Of a stretch of 64,000 bases of DNA, positions 55,879-64,000 are shown piece by piece. The notes under the pieces were generated by a model. The model searched no databases. It worked only from the letters and a program-made list of their open reading frames with translations, and was not told the DNA's origin. The stretch's first letter is position 1; each line of letters starts with the position of its first letter. Source of the stretch: an uncultured archaeon (GTDB lineage Archaea; Aenigmatarchaeota; Aenigmatarchaeia; Aenigmatarchaeales; Aenigmatarchaeaceae); NCBI GenBank assembly GCA_964347265.1, contig CAYFXV010000001.1, positions 14,397-78,396 on the forward strand, in the 5' to 3' direction. A program made the position numbers and the translations under genes.

Positions 55879-56397
55879 ATGCCAGAAGAAGATGTAGCTT
55901 ATGAAATAATACCAGTAACTCCTATCAAGAAACTAGAAGAAAGAATAGAAAAGATAGAAACAACAAGAACAACGCCCGATCTGCAGAATTTAATAAATCA
56001 GATAATAGAATTAATAAGAAACAATCAAAAAATTGTAAATGATGTTATCCAAGCAAATGCAGATTTAAAAAATGAACTTTCTAAGTTACCTTCTAAAATT
56101 GACGAATTATTAACTACTATAAATAATTTTCTTTCTTTAGTAGAGGCTGCTGGAAGAGAAGAGGTAGCAGCTAAACCCCCAGAACCCAAACCTGATGTAT
56201 TTAAACTAATGGTTGAAGAATTAAAGAAAATTTCTGAACAAAATAAAAAACTCATAGAAAGCAACCAATCTGTTCTTGAAGAACTAGATAAAATGAGCAA
56301 AAGAGTTAAGTCAAAAGGAGCAGCAGGCATGCCTGTTTCAACATTATTGTCCACATATCCTTTAAGAAAAGACATAAAAAAACCTGAACAAACATGA
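55879..56397 (+). CDS. Coiled-coil protein within the pilus locus (accessory protein, unknown).
   Basis: 172 aa, predicted helical, with a central Pro-rich linker. Internal minus ORF 56025..56375 is spurious. Confidence 0.4.
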   Translation: MPEEDVAYEIIPVTPIKKLEERIEKIETTRTTPDLQNLINQIIELIRNNQKIVNDVIQANADLKNELSKLPSKIDELLTTINNFLSLVEAAGREEVAAKPPEPKPDVFKLMVEELKKISEQNKKLIESNQSVLEELDKMSKRVKSKGAAGMPVSTLLSTYPLRKDIKKPEQT

Positions 56398-56834
56398 AAG
56401 GTATAAGCGCGATAATTGCAATAATTTTGATTTTGATGATAGTTGTTGCTTTGGCTGCTTTAGCATATACATGGTTTACTGGGATATTTGCTAGTTTGAC
56501 TACGAGTGCTGCTAATGCAACTACAACAGCTACAACAGCAATGGGAATGCAAATTAGAATAGAGGCTGCAAAATTTTTTGAAACACCATCTCATCAAGTT
56601 AATGCTACAATCAGAAACACAGGAACTGTAGATGTTGATCCAAACAAATTTGGAGTTTATATAGATGGAAGCCTTCACACAAGTACATATTATGATTCAG
56701 AACCATCTACCAAAATACCACCTGGAGGAACTGTAACTATCAATATCACAAACACCACAGCTGCATGCCCAAACAAAGTATTAAAAGTATCAATAGAAAC
56801 TGGTTTAGACGATTATAAAACAATAACTTGTTGA
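56394..56834 (+). CDS. Type IV pilin-like protein (paralog 1).
   Basis: 146 aa. The N-terminus MKG/ISAIIAIILILMIVVALAALAYTWFTGIFA is identical to the next gene's. Confidence 0.65.
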   Translation: MKGISAIIAIILILMIVVALAALAYTWFTGIFASLTTSAANATTTATTAMGMQIRIEAAKFFETPSHQVNATIRNTGTVDVDPNKFGVYIDGSLHTSTYYDSEPSTKIPPGGTVTINITNTTAACPNKVLKVSIETGLDDYKTITC

Positions 56835-56839
56835 TAAAC

Positions 56840-57256
56840 ATGAAAGGTATAAGCGCGATAATTGCAATAATTTTGATTTTGATGATAGTTGTTGCTTTGG
56901 CTGCTTTAGCATATACATGGTTTACTGGGATATTTGCTGGTTTGACTGGTGGTGCAGAAACTGCAGTAGAAGCTACTACCACAGCTATGGGAGTCAATTT
57001 TAGAATAGAAACAGCAAAAAATGTTACAGATGACGTATCAGTCACTATAAGAAATATTGGAACAAGCACAATAAATGTAAGTAAAATGACAGCTTATGTT
57101 GATGATGAAAAAGAAGAAATAACAGATATAGCAGACTCTATTTTAGATTATGGTGAAACGACAACTTTCTTTGTTAATAATACTGTTGAACCAAATGGAA
57201 AAAAATTAAAAATAGTAGCTGTAACTGGTTTAGAACAAACAGCAACAATTACTTAA
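56840..57256 (+). CDS. Type IV pilin-like protein (paralog 2).
   Basis: Start trimmed to MKGIS. The first ~100 nt are identical to paralog 1, and the C-terminal domain diverges. Confidence 0.65.
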   Translation: MKGISAIIAIILILMIVVALAALAYTWFTGIFAGLTGGAETAVEATTTAMGVNFRIETAKNVTDDVSVTIRNIGTSTINVSKMTAYVDDEKEEITDIADSILDYGETTTFFVNNTVEPNGKKLKIVAVTGLEQTATIT

Positions 57257-57279
57257 TAAACTAAAAACAATTAACTATC

Positions 57280-57789
57280 ATGAAAGCGCAGTCAGAGACA
57301 TTGGTGTTTGTTCTTTTGTTTTTATTAAGTGTTGGTTTATTTACAGTAGCTGTTTTTTGGAGTAAAGATGTTTTTCAACAAAACGTTGATATGACAAAGG
57401 TTTCTTCTGCTGAGAAATTCATGAAAGATATTGATTACACTATTAAGAGTTTGATAAAATTTGGTGGTTACAAGGAAATTGATTATAGAGTTGATGGACC
57501 AATAACACTAATTGATGGCAAAACTATTGAAGTAAGAACAGTTGTACCCTCTGAAATTTCATTACCAAGATATTGGAATAATATATCTTCTGACTCTTCT
57601 TTTATAAGAGAAATGCTAGATGGAGATGTATTTAGAATCCAGTTAATTTATCCTGAAAACGAATATAAAATTGAGTTTTTTACTGAAGGTCCAACTATAG
57701 CAAAACCAAAAATAGTTAAAGTTGAAAAAAATTCTACATATATTGAAAATAATAAAGCAGCAATCAAAATAAGAATAACCTTTATATAA
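57280..57789 (+). CDS. Pilin-like or FlaF/FlaG-like N-terminally anchored protein.
   Basis: 169 aa with N-terminal hydrophobic helix MKAQSETLVFVLLFLLSVGLFTVAV. It lies in the pilus operon. Confidence 0.45.
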   Translation: MKAQSETLVFVLLFLLSVGLFTVAVFWSKDVFQQNVDMTKVSSAEKFMKDIDYTIKSLIKFGGYKEIDYRVDGPITLIDGKTIEVRTVVPSEISLPRYWNNISSDSSFIREMLDGDVFRIQLIYPENEYKIEFFTEGPTIAKPKIVKVEKNSTYIENNKAAIKIRITFI

Positions 57790-57798
57790 ATATTCTTT

Positions 57799-58215
57799 AT
57801 GAAAGGGCAGTATTTAACTGTTGAATACATAATTTTTTTCATAATTGGAATAGGAATGATAATCTCTGTTTATTTCATATTCTCAAATGTAAATGAAATA
57901 TCTGAGAGAAACACATTAAAATCTCAACTTAAAGCTGTGGGAAAAATAATAAAAGGAACTGCCATAAACATATTAGAAATTTCATCTTCGACAAACAGTG
58001 AAATAAATTATAATTTATCTATACCTCCAAAGTTATCTAGATGTGTATATATGATAGAAGTTAATGATAACTTGAATCTAAATTGCAGTCATGATGTTAG
58101 TACTGGTGTTGTTTTGAGTCTGTATAATCTTAATATTACAACAGAAAATATTATATATAGCACAAAAGGCTATCTTGAAATGAATGCTCATAATGAAACG
58201 GTTGAGTTAAAATGA
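57799..58215 (+). CDS. Pilin-like or FlaF/FlaG-like N-terminally anchored protein.
   Basis: 138 aa with N-terminal MKGQYLTVEYIIFFIIGIGMIISVYFIF. Confidence 0.45.
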   Translation: MKGQYLTVEYIIFFIIGIGMIISVYFIFSNVNEISERNTLKSQLKAVGKIIKGTAINILEISSSTNSEINYNLSIPPKLSRCVYMIEVNDNLNLNCSHDVSTGVVLSLYNLNITTENIIYSTKGYLEMNAHNETVELK

Positions 58216-60029
58216 AGAAAATTAAATTAAAGCATATGCAACCTAAAGGAAAATTAAAATTAAAGCTTAGTAAATTCTTTTGGAGAACTGTTAGAGGATA
58301 CAAAATACTTAAAAAAATGGAACTATCGGGATTTGGGGGAAGAAGACTTAAAGGAATGAGATTTCCTTACCCACAAGAAAGTATTATGGGAGGAGGAAGA
58401 CTAGAAATAAAAGGACCTTCTGTAAAAATTAGTGAAATAAAAGCAGAAAAATTTGTGGTTGGAGAAGAGGAAGAATTTAAGGGAATACCAATAGTTACTG
58501 AAGTCGGGACTATAGTTAAAATAAGTGGTCCTGAATATAGTTTAAGGGATGTAAACATTTTTTATGATCTTATAAAATATGATTCCAAAGTTTTTGCATC
58601 TGCAAATATAAGATGGTCTGATGCTCAATCTTCTTTGATTTATAAGCTTATAGAACCGAAGTTAACAATAAATGAAAGGAATTTGTTGAATAAAATAAAA
58701 ATGATGCTTATAGAAAAATTAGATGTTGACTTTACAACATTAAGAAAGGGGCAAGCTAGAAGTTATTTATTCAAAAGATTTGAAGAGATGATAACAACGA
58801 TGGCACCTAATATTCCTGAAGATAAGAAAAAAGACTTTTTGTATTATATTGAGAGAGATTTTGTAGGTTTGGGGAAAATAGAAGCTTTAATGAAGGATCC
58901 TAATTTAGAAGATATATCATGTGATGGTGTTGGTGTTCCCTTATACGTATACCATAGAGATCCTTTAATAGGAAGTGTTAAGACAAATATATTCTTTGAA
59001 AGTTCCGAAGAACTTGATGTTTTTGTAAGTAAACTTTCACAAAGATGTGGAAAAAGCATTTCAGTTGCACAACCACTTATTGGAGGAACTTTGCCAAGCG
59101 GTTCTAGAGTTCAAGCAACTTTAGGAACTGACATAGCTAGAAAAGGAAGTAATTTTACTATTAGGAAATTTACTGAAAAACCATTAACACCTGTAAATTT
59201 ATTAAATCTTCAAACACTTGACCCTAAAATTGCTGCATATTTATGGCTGACTGTAGAATATGGTAGAAGTATTTTAATTTCTGGAGGTGTTGCTACTGGA
59301 AAAACAACTCTTTTAAATGCTATGTCCTTATTTATTAAACCAGAATTAAAGATTGTTTCAATAGAAGACACAGCCGAGCTACTTCTTCCACATTCCCATT
59401 GGGTTCCCAGTGTTGCCAGATTACCAATAGTAGAAATAGGAAGAAAAAAATTAGGAGAAGTAGATCTTTTTGATTTATTAAAAGAATCCTTAAGACAAAG
59501 ACCAGATTATTTAATAGTAGGAGAGGTTAGGGGCAGAGAAGCTTATGTCCTATTTCAGCAAATAGCTACTGGTCATAGTTCTTTATCAACAATACATGCA
59601 GATTCTATGGAAAGATTAATAGATAGATTAACAACACCACCGATTAGCCTTCCAGCAAATCTTATAGAAGCTTTAGACATAATTATTTTTCTTGTTAGAA
59701 TAAAATATGGACCAACATATGTAAGAAGAATAAGAGGTATCTACGAGATTGTCGGTTTTGATAAAAAAAAGAACTTTCCTATTGTAAATGAGATATTTAG
59801 ATGGAATCCGAATAATGATAGTTATGATGCAGTAAATCCATCTATTGTTTTAAAAAGAATTTCTCAGCAACATGGAATAAAACAAGTATATTTGCAACAA
59901 GAAATATCTCGTAGAATAAAAATTTTAGAATGGATGACTGAAAAAAATATAGAAGATTACAGAGATGTAGCAAAGATTTCAAAACTTTATTATGCAAGAC
60001 CAGATGAATTGCTAGAAGCCATACCATAG
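58212..60029 (+). CDS. flaI: FlaI/ArlI-type secretion ATPase (type IV pilus/archaellum assembly ATPase, TadA/VirB11 superfamily).
   Basis: 605 aa. Walker A is GGVATGKTT, Walker B/Asp box is LIVGEVRG, and it has a His box. The true start may be an internal Met (MELSG or MRFPY). Confidence 0.85.
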   Translation: MKKIKLKHMQPKGKLKLKLSKFFWRTVRGYKILKKMELSGFGGRRLKGMRFPYPQESIMGGGRLEIKGPSVKISEIKAEKFVVGEEEEFKGIPIVTEVGTIVKISGPEYSLRDVNIFYDLIKYDSKVFASANIRWSDAQSSLIYKLIEPKLTINERNLLNKIKMMLIEKLDVDFTTLRKGQARSYLFKRFEEMITTMAPNIPEDKKKDFLYYIERDFVGLGKIEALMKDPNLEDISCDGVGVPLYVYHRDPLIGSVKTNIFFESSEELDVFVSKLSQRCGKSISVAQPLIGGTLPSGSRVQATLGTDIARKGSNFTIRKFTEKPLTPVNLLNLQTLDPKIAAYLWLTVEYGRSILISGGVATGKTTLLNAMSLFIKPELKIVSIEDTAELLLPHSHWVPSVARLPIVEIGRKKLGEVDLFDLLKESLRQRPDYLIVGEVRGREAYVLFQQIATGHSSLSTIHADSMERLIDRLTTPPISLPANLIEALDIIIFLVRIKYGPTYVRRIRGIYEIVGFDKKKNFPIVNEIFRWNPNNDSYDAVNPSIVLKRISQQHGIKQVYLQQEISRRIKILEWMTEKNIEDYRDVAKISKLYYARPDELLEAIP

Positions 60030-60037
60030 ATGATTTC

Positions 60038-60919
60038 ATGAATATTTGGAGAACTCTTAGGGACTTATCATTTAAATTCTTCAAACATAGCTTAGATCCA
60101 TCTGTTAATTTATTTGAAAGTATAAAACCCGACTTATTAAAGGCGGACATAGGACTAACCTTAGTAGAATACGTCTATGTGATGTTTTTTTCAATTTTAT
60201 TGTTCTTTGTTATAGAATTTCCTCTAATTACAATTATAACAAGTATATTCTTACAGGATATTATTCTAGCTGTTTTATTTTCATTTACTTTAAACATTGT
60301 GATTGTTCTGATTGTTTTCTTTATTTTTTATACGTATCCTAGTATGGCTGCAGGAAATAGAAAAAAAGATATTGAAGCTGCCTTACCCTTTGCAACAACT
60401 TATATGGCAACAATAGCAAACTCAGGAGCACCTCCTATAACAATGTTTAAAGTTATTTCACACTTTGGAGAATATGGAGAAGTTTCTAAAGAAGCTGAGA
60501 AAATTTATAAAGATGTAGAAGTTTTTGGTATGGATTTAGTAGGTGCTATAAGAAAAACCGCTAATAGAACACCATCTGAAGAACTAAAAGAATTATTATG
60601 GGGTTTAGACACTGTTTTAACAAGCGGTGGCAACATTGGTGATTTTTTACACGAAAAATCTAGACTATTCATAGCAGAATATGGAAGAAGATTACAGAGA
60701 TACTCTAGGACTTTATCTGTTTTAATAGAAATTTACTTAACTTTGGTTTTAGTGGGTTCTGTATTTTTCATAATTATAACTGCCTTAATGTCAATATTAG
60801 GTGGAGGAGGCATGACTACTTATCTGTCTTTCATACAATTTTTAGTAATTTTTATAGTTTTACCTTTCATGTCTGTCGGTTTTATATTTTTGATAAAATC
60901 TATAGCTCCAGCAGCGTGA
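60038..60919 (+). CDS. flaJ: FlaJ/TadC-like membrane platform protein, N-terminal half (first T2SS_F-like domain).
   Basis: 293 aa with TM segments and a cytoplasmic domain (ATYMATIANSGAPP...). It is directly followed by the second half in another frame. Confidence 0.6.
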   Translation: MNIWRTLRDLSFKFFKHSLDPSVNLFESIKPDLLKADIGLTLVEYVYVMFFSILLFFVIEFPLITIITSIFLQDIILAVLFSFTLNIVIVLIVFFIFYTYPSMAAGNRKKDIEAALPFATTYMATIANSGAPPITMFKVISHFGEYGEVSKEAEKIYKDVEVFGMDLVGAIRKTANRTPSEELKELLWGLDTVLTSGGNIGDFLHEKSRLFIAEYGRRLQRYSRTLSVLIEIYLTLVLVGSVFFIIITALMSILGGGGMTTYLSFIQFLVIFIVLPFMSVGFIFLIKSIAPAA

Positions 60920-60923
60920 TGAA

Positions 60924-61874
60924 ATGAAGAAACATGAAAAAAAGAAGCAAGAAAAAAAGAGATTTAATATAAAATTTATACCAATAATAATAGCAGCAAT
61001 GTTAATTATCATAAGCACGTTTTTCTATGAAAATATAGGATTAATGGGAAATCTTATTCTTTTGGCAGTTATAATAGGGATAATTCCTTATGCATTTTTT
61101 TCGTATTTTGAATATAAAAAAGTAAAGACAATGGAAGAGCAATTACCAATATTTTTATTAGATTTGTCTGAAGCACAAAAAATAGGAATGACATTGCCAG
61201 AAGCATTAAAACAAGTATCAAAAACTGATTATGGGAAGTTAACAGAAGAGATTAATAAAATAAATTATCAACTTTCTTGGGGTGTACCTACACAAGAAGC
61301 TATGAACAATTTTGCTCTAAGATTAAAAAAATCAAAATTAATAGGAAGAGTTGTTAGAATTATAAATGAAGCTTATAGTTCTGGAGGCGATATTGCTAGA
61401 ACAATGGAAGCTACAGCCTCAGATATAACGTCAATAAAAGAGGCTGAAAGAGAAAGAAGATCTGTTACATATCAACACATGTTGATAATGTATGCTATTT
61501 TTTATATATTCATTGGAATAGTTATTGCTCTTTCTCAAACTTTAATACCTTTAATGGAACTAGATATTCAAGCTGGAATAGCAGGTGATATAATGAGTTT
61601 TAGAGATCCATGCGACATTTGTATAAATAATCCAGAGCTTTTTTGTATAAATTGTTCAATTTTTTCAGTTGTCTGTCAGATGTTTGGGATTGAAACAAGC
61701 TGTTATTATTATGCATTATTTCTTTTAATGGTTTTGATCCAAGGGATATTTTCTGGATTAGTAGCAGGACAGATTGGTGAAGGCTCTGTAACTGCTGGCT
61801 TAAAGCATAGTTCAATAATGACAATATCTGGTTTTAGTGTACTCTTATTCTTACTAAAGGCCGGTGTGATATAA
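60924..61874 (+). CDS. flaJ: FlaJ/TadC-like membrane platform protein, C-terminal half (second T2SS_F-like domain).
   Basis: 316 aa. Its cytoplasmic domain (LSWGVPTQEAMNNFALRL...YSSGGDIARTM) plus C-terminal TM helices match the second FlaJ repeat. Confidence 0.6.
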   Translation: MKKHEKKKQEKKRFNIKFIPIIIAAMLIIISTFFYENIGLMGNLILLAVIIGIIPYAFFSYFEYKKVKTMEEQLPIFLLDLSEAQKIGMTLPEALKQVSKTDYGKLTEEINKINYQLSWGVPTQEAMNNFALRLKKSKLIGRVVRIINEAYSSGGDIARTMEATASDITSIKEAERERRSVTYQHMLIMYAIFYIFIGIVIALSQTLIPLMELDIQAGIAGDIMSFRDPCDICINNPELFCINCSIFSVVCQMFGIETSCYYYALFLLMVLIQGIFSGLVAGQIGEGSVTAGLKHSSIMTISGFSVLLFLLKAGVI

Positions 61875-62278
61875 TGCATGGACAGACAAGAATAGAATTC
61901 ATTTTTGCTATTGTAATATTTTCAATAGTGATTTTTTATGTTGTGACTCAAATAAATACTGTGTTTTCTAGTATTATTTCAGATTATGAAATTGACGCTT
62001 TAAAAGCAGAAGCTTTAAATTCAATCACAAACCTTGTAGAAAGTGAATTATTAGCAAATGAACCTTATAATCTTTCAAAAGAAAAGATAGAAAACTTAAA
62101 CCAAAATTGTGGTCTTTTGGATAATTTTGGTATTGAATCTTATAGATTAAAGATTTACAATTCAACTGATCTAATGTTATTTTGCGGTATTGACAGCTTA
62201 AAACCTCCAAAAGTGTTTGTTATGAAATACGTCATAATTGAAAATGATTCTGGGAACACTACACTAGAATTGTGGTAA
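61874..62278 (+). CDS. Pilin-like or FlaG-like small anchored protein.
   Basis: 134 aa with N-terminal MHGQTRIEFIFAIVIFSIVIFYVV. Confidence 0.4.
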   Translation: MHGQTRIEFIFAIVIFSIVIFYVVTQINTVFSSIISDYEIDALKAEALNSITNLVESELLANEPYNLSKEKIENLNQNCGLLDNFGIESYRLKIYNSTDLMLFCGIDSLKPPKVFVMKYVIIENDSGNTTLELW

Positions 62279-62279
62279 A

Positions 62280-64000
62280 ATGAAAGGCTTTATTTATTTA
62301 TTAGAAATATCAATTGCCTTAATATTAATGTTAGTAGTCTTAGGAACCATATCTACTTATAATGTAAAAGAAAGTTGGGAAAGAGTTGATTTAGTAGGTG
62401 TTGCTGATAATTTAATAAAAATAATTGAAATTTTGGGTATTGAGAATACCTTAAATGGCAATCTAAGTAGAATTGAAATTTTAATTCCTCCAAATGTTGA
62501 TTTTGGATTAAGAGTTAATGGAATACCTAAAAAAGATATAATTGTTGGTTGTTTTGAGTTAGGATGGCCAGATACGAGTTGTGGTGGTTTAATTAGTATC
62601 TTAACGCGGTCTGTTTATTTAAACAATAGAGAGATTAATTTTAACGTTGTCTACTTATATAAGTTTAGTACCCCAATCCCAAATTATATAGATGTCATGG
62701 TATTCCACGAATGCTATGGAGCTTGTGAATGGAACTCTACAGTAAGAAGCTGGCTTGAGGATTATTTAAATAGAGGCGGTTCACTAATTTGGATAAACAA
62801 AACTGATGGAACAGACATCGATTTTAATCAATTTTTTGGTTTAACACCTTCTTCAGGAACAGAAAGCTTTCTTAATTTTACAAAATATGAACCTGAATGG
62901 GATGAAACTATGAAATATTTTTTAGGAGCTGGCTTTATTGTTGATATTTCAGGTGGTTCACCATATTCAAATATTTGGTACATATGGAGAAATTGCGGCG
63001 CAACATGCGGAAGTAATTTTGATTATTCACGTTATATAACTCAATTATCACCAAATACACTTAATTTCACAAACTTTTCAGCAAACCAAGGTCCAAATCC
63101 TCTTTGGTTTGTTGTAAATGAGGGTGAAATATTTACTCTTACAGGTCCTGATGGAAACAAATATTTTTTTAAGCTTAGAAAAATATGGGATAATGATAAA
63201 ATAAGTATACAGCCTTTAAACACAAGCTTTATTTTTCTTGATAATTCTGGTAAAAGTGTTGTAGGAAATAATATTTTAGCTAATTCAGACCAAACCTATG
63301 CTTCGGCAACAAAAAAAGGAAGCAATATCATATGGATGGGAGATAGCAGAGAATTCTGGGATTCAACACATGATTTTTTAACCAAAGCTGCAATACTATC
63401 TCTCACAGAAAAAGAATGGTTTCTAAAAAAATATAAATCTAGATATGAAAATGTAGAAGTTAGTTCTTTTATGTCATTATGTTGTGACATGCCTGAAACA
63501 GTTGAACTAAGTTTTATTTTGTGGTATAGGGCTTATTTATGGTATCCTGGCGACAAGGATGCTTGGACAGAATCATTAACTGGTTGGAGTGCTGGAAATC
63601 CTCCAACAGGAAATTTAGACTTAAGTACTGACAAAAAGATAGGAGATTATAGCATAAATTTCACTTCTACAAATAATGGTTTTAGAACTTTTTTCCATTT
63701 TTTTGATGTTAGTTCTATAAATCCTGATGATTACATCTTAAAATTTTGGTACAAAGGAAATAACACAAGGTGGATATTAGCTGATCAATATTTAAATTAT
63801 GAATTTGAAGATAATTTTTGCCCAATGCCTGGAGGAGTTATTTCTGGATACACAGGGGAACATAAAAATTGGACCTTAATTGAAGTTGATTTATCTTCTT
63901 TATCAGCTAATGGAGCACACGACGATACTGAAGGTTGTAATGTTAATAACGATTTTTATGATATAGAAGGAATTATTTTTCAGGATTGGAAATTCACATG
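62280..64000 (+). CDS. Large pilin-like adhesin with a class III signal-like N-terminus. The 3' end is partial and continues beyond the window.
   Basis: Not in the track because there is no stop codon. Manual translation from the ATG at 62280 is open to the window end (over 570 aa). It reads MKG/FIYLLEISIALILMLVVLGTIS..., then a large Asn/Trp/Cys-containing extracellular domain. Minus ORFs 63041..63223 and 63296..63490 are spurious. Confidence 0.55.
   Translation, partial: MKGFIYLLEISIALILMLVVLGTISTYNVKESWERVDLVGVADNLIKIIEILGIENTLNGNLSRIEILIPPNVDFGLRVNGIPKKDIIVGCFELGWPDTSCGGLISILTRSVYLNNREINFNVVYLYKFSTPIPNYIDVMVFHECYGACEWNSTVRSWLEDYLNRGGSLIWINKTDGTDIDFNQFFGLTPSSGTESFLNFTKYEPEWDETMKYFLGAGFIVDISGGSPYSNIWYIWRNCGATCGSNFDYSRYITQLSPNTLNFTNFSANQGPNPLWFVVNEGEIFTLTGPDGNKYFFKLRKIWDNDKISIQPLNTSFIFLDNSGKSVVGNNILANSDQTYASATKKGSNIIWMGDSREFWDSTHDFLTKAAILSLTEKEWFLKKYKSRYENVEVSSFMSLCCDMPETVELSFILWYRAYLWYPGDKDAWTESLTGWSAGNPPTGNLDLSTDKKIGDYSINFTSTNNGFRTFFHFFDVSSINPDDYILKFWYKGNNTRWILADQYLNYEFEDNFCPMPGGVISGYTGEHKNWTLIEVDLSSLSANGAHDDTEGCNVNNDFYDIEGIIFQDWKFT

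Noticed and set aside
55398-62278. Calling the pilin/FlaI/FlaJ locus an archaellum (motility) operon.
   Set aside because: No FlaH (KaiC-like ATPase), FlaC/D/E, FlaX or clear FlaF/FlaG signatures are recognisable. The gene set fits an adhesive type IV pilus better.
1-64000. Search for CRISPR arrays, cas genes, restriction-modification or toxin-antitoxin pairs.
   Set aside because: Three or more evenly spaced direct repeats were not found anywhere in the window. No Cas-like, nuclease/helicase or TA-like small gene pairs are recognisable. The short direct repeats present are tRNA-derived (see findings).

Overview
This is a very AT-rich archaeal window, roughly 27% GC. Gene content and RNA features point to a small-genome, DPANN-like archaeon: aEF-1beta next to a Zn-ribbon protein, a thermosome, archaeal TIM, FBP aldolase/phosphatase, CDP-archaeol synthase, Pth2, Pelota, class-III-signal pilins with a FlaI/FlaJ-type assembly ATPase and membrane platform, and an intron-containing tRNA. 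Coding density is high and both strands are used.

The window divides into four regions:
- 1-3.5 kb: a partial radical SAM gene, then the translation-factor pair (Zn-ribbon protein plus aEF-1beta).
- 3.5-19.5 kb: a glycogen and modified-EMP/gluconeogenesis island. It holds an ADP-dependent sugar kinase, two glycogen synthases of different GT families, GH57, a GDE-like glucosidase, cupin PGI, TIM, FBPA/P, an ALDH/GAPN-like enzyme, a phosphohexomutase and a GalT-like nucleotidyltransferase.
- 20-50 kb: lipid, envelope and surface genes. These include CarS, a CDP-alcohol transferase, DedA, a processive GT2 synthase, a 928-aa S-layer-like protein with a GC-rich structured leader, a transmembrane wHTH protein, three radical SAM enzymes in the window overall, and a GH16-dockerin protein.
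- 55-64 kb: an archaeal type IV pilus locus with several pilins, FlaI, a split FlaJ, and a large pilin-like adhesin that runs off the window edge.

Nine tRNA genes are present: Arg, Thr, Gly, Val(GAC), Ala, Val(TAC), and an Ile(TAT?) gene carrying a ~39-nt intron. There are also two sets of short tRNA 3'-end direct repeats, each flanking a single gene.

The strongest candidate for a previously undescribed system is the co-directional minus-strand envelope cluster at 39.5-47.1 kb. It encodes a membrane-anchored protein, a 774-aa polytopic membrane protein, a lipoprotein, and a secreted protein whose C-terminus is a complete mini-intein-like Hint/BIL autoprocessing domain. In that domain, blocks A, B, F and G are recognisable, a Gly5 linker precedes the Cys, and a non-nucleophilic Ala follows the terminal HN. 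Two tandem paralogous lipoproteins follow.
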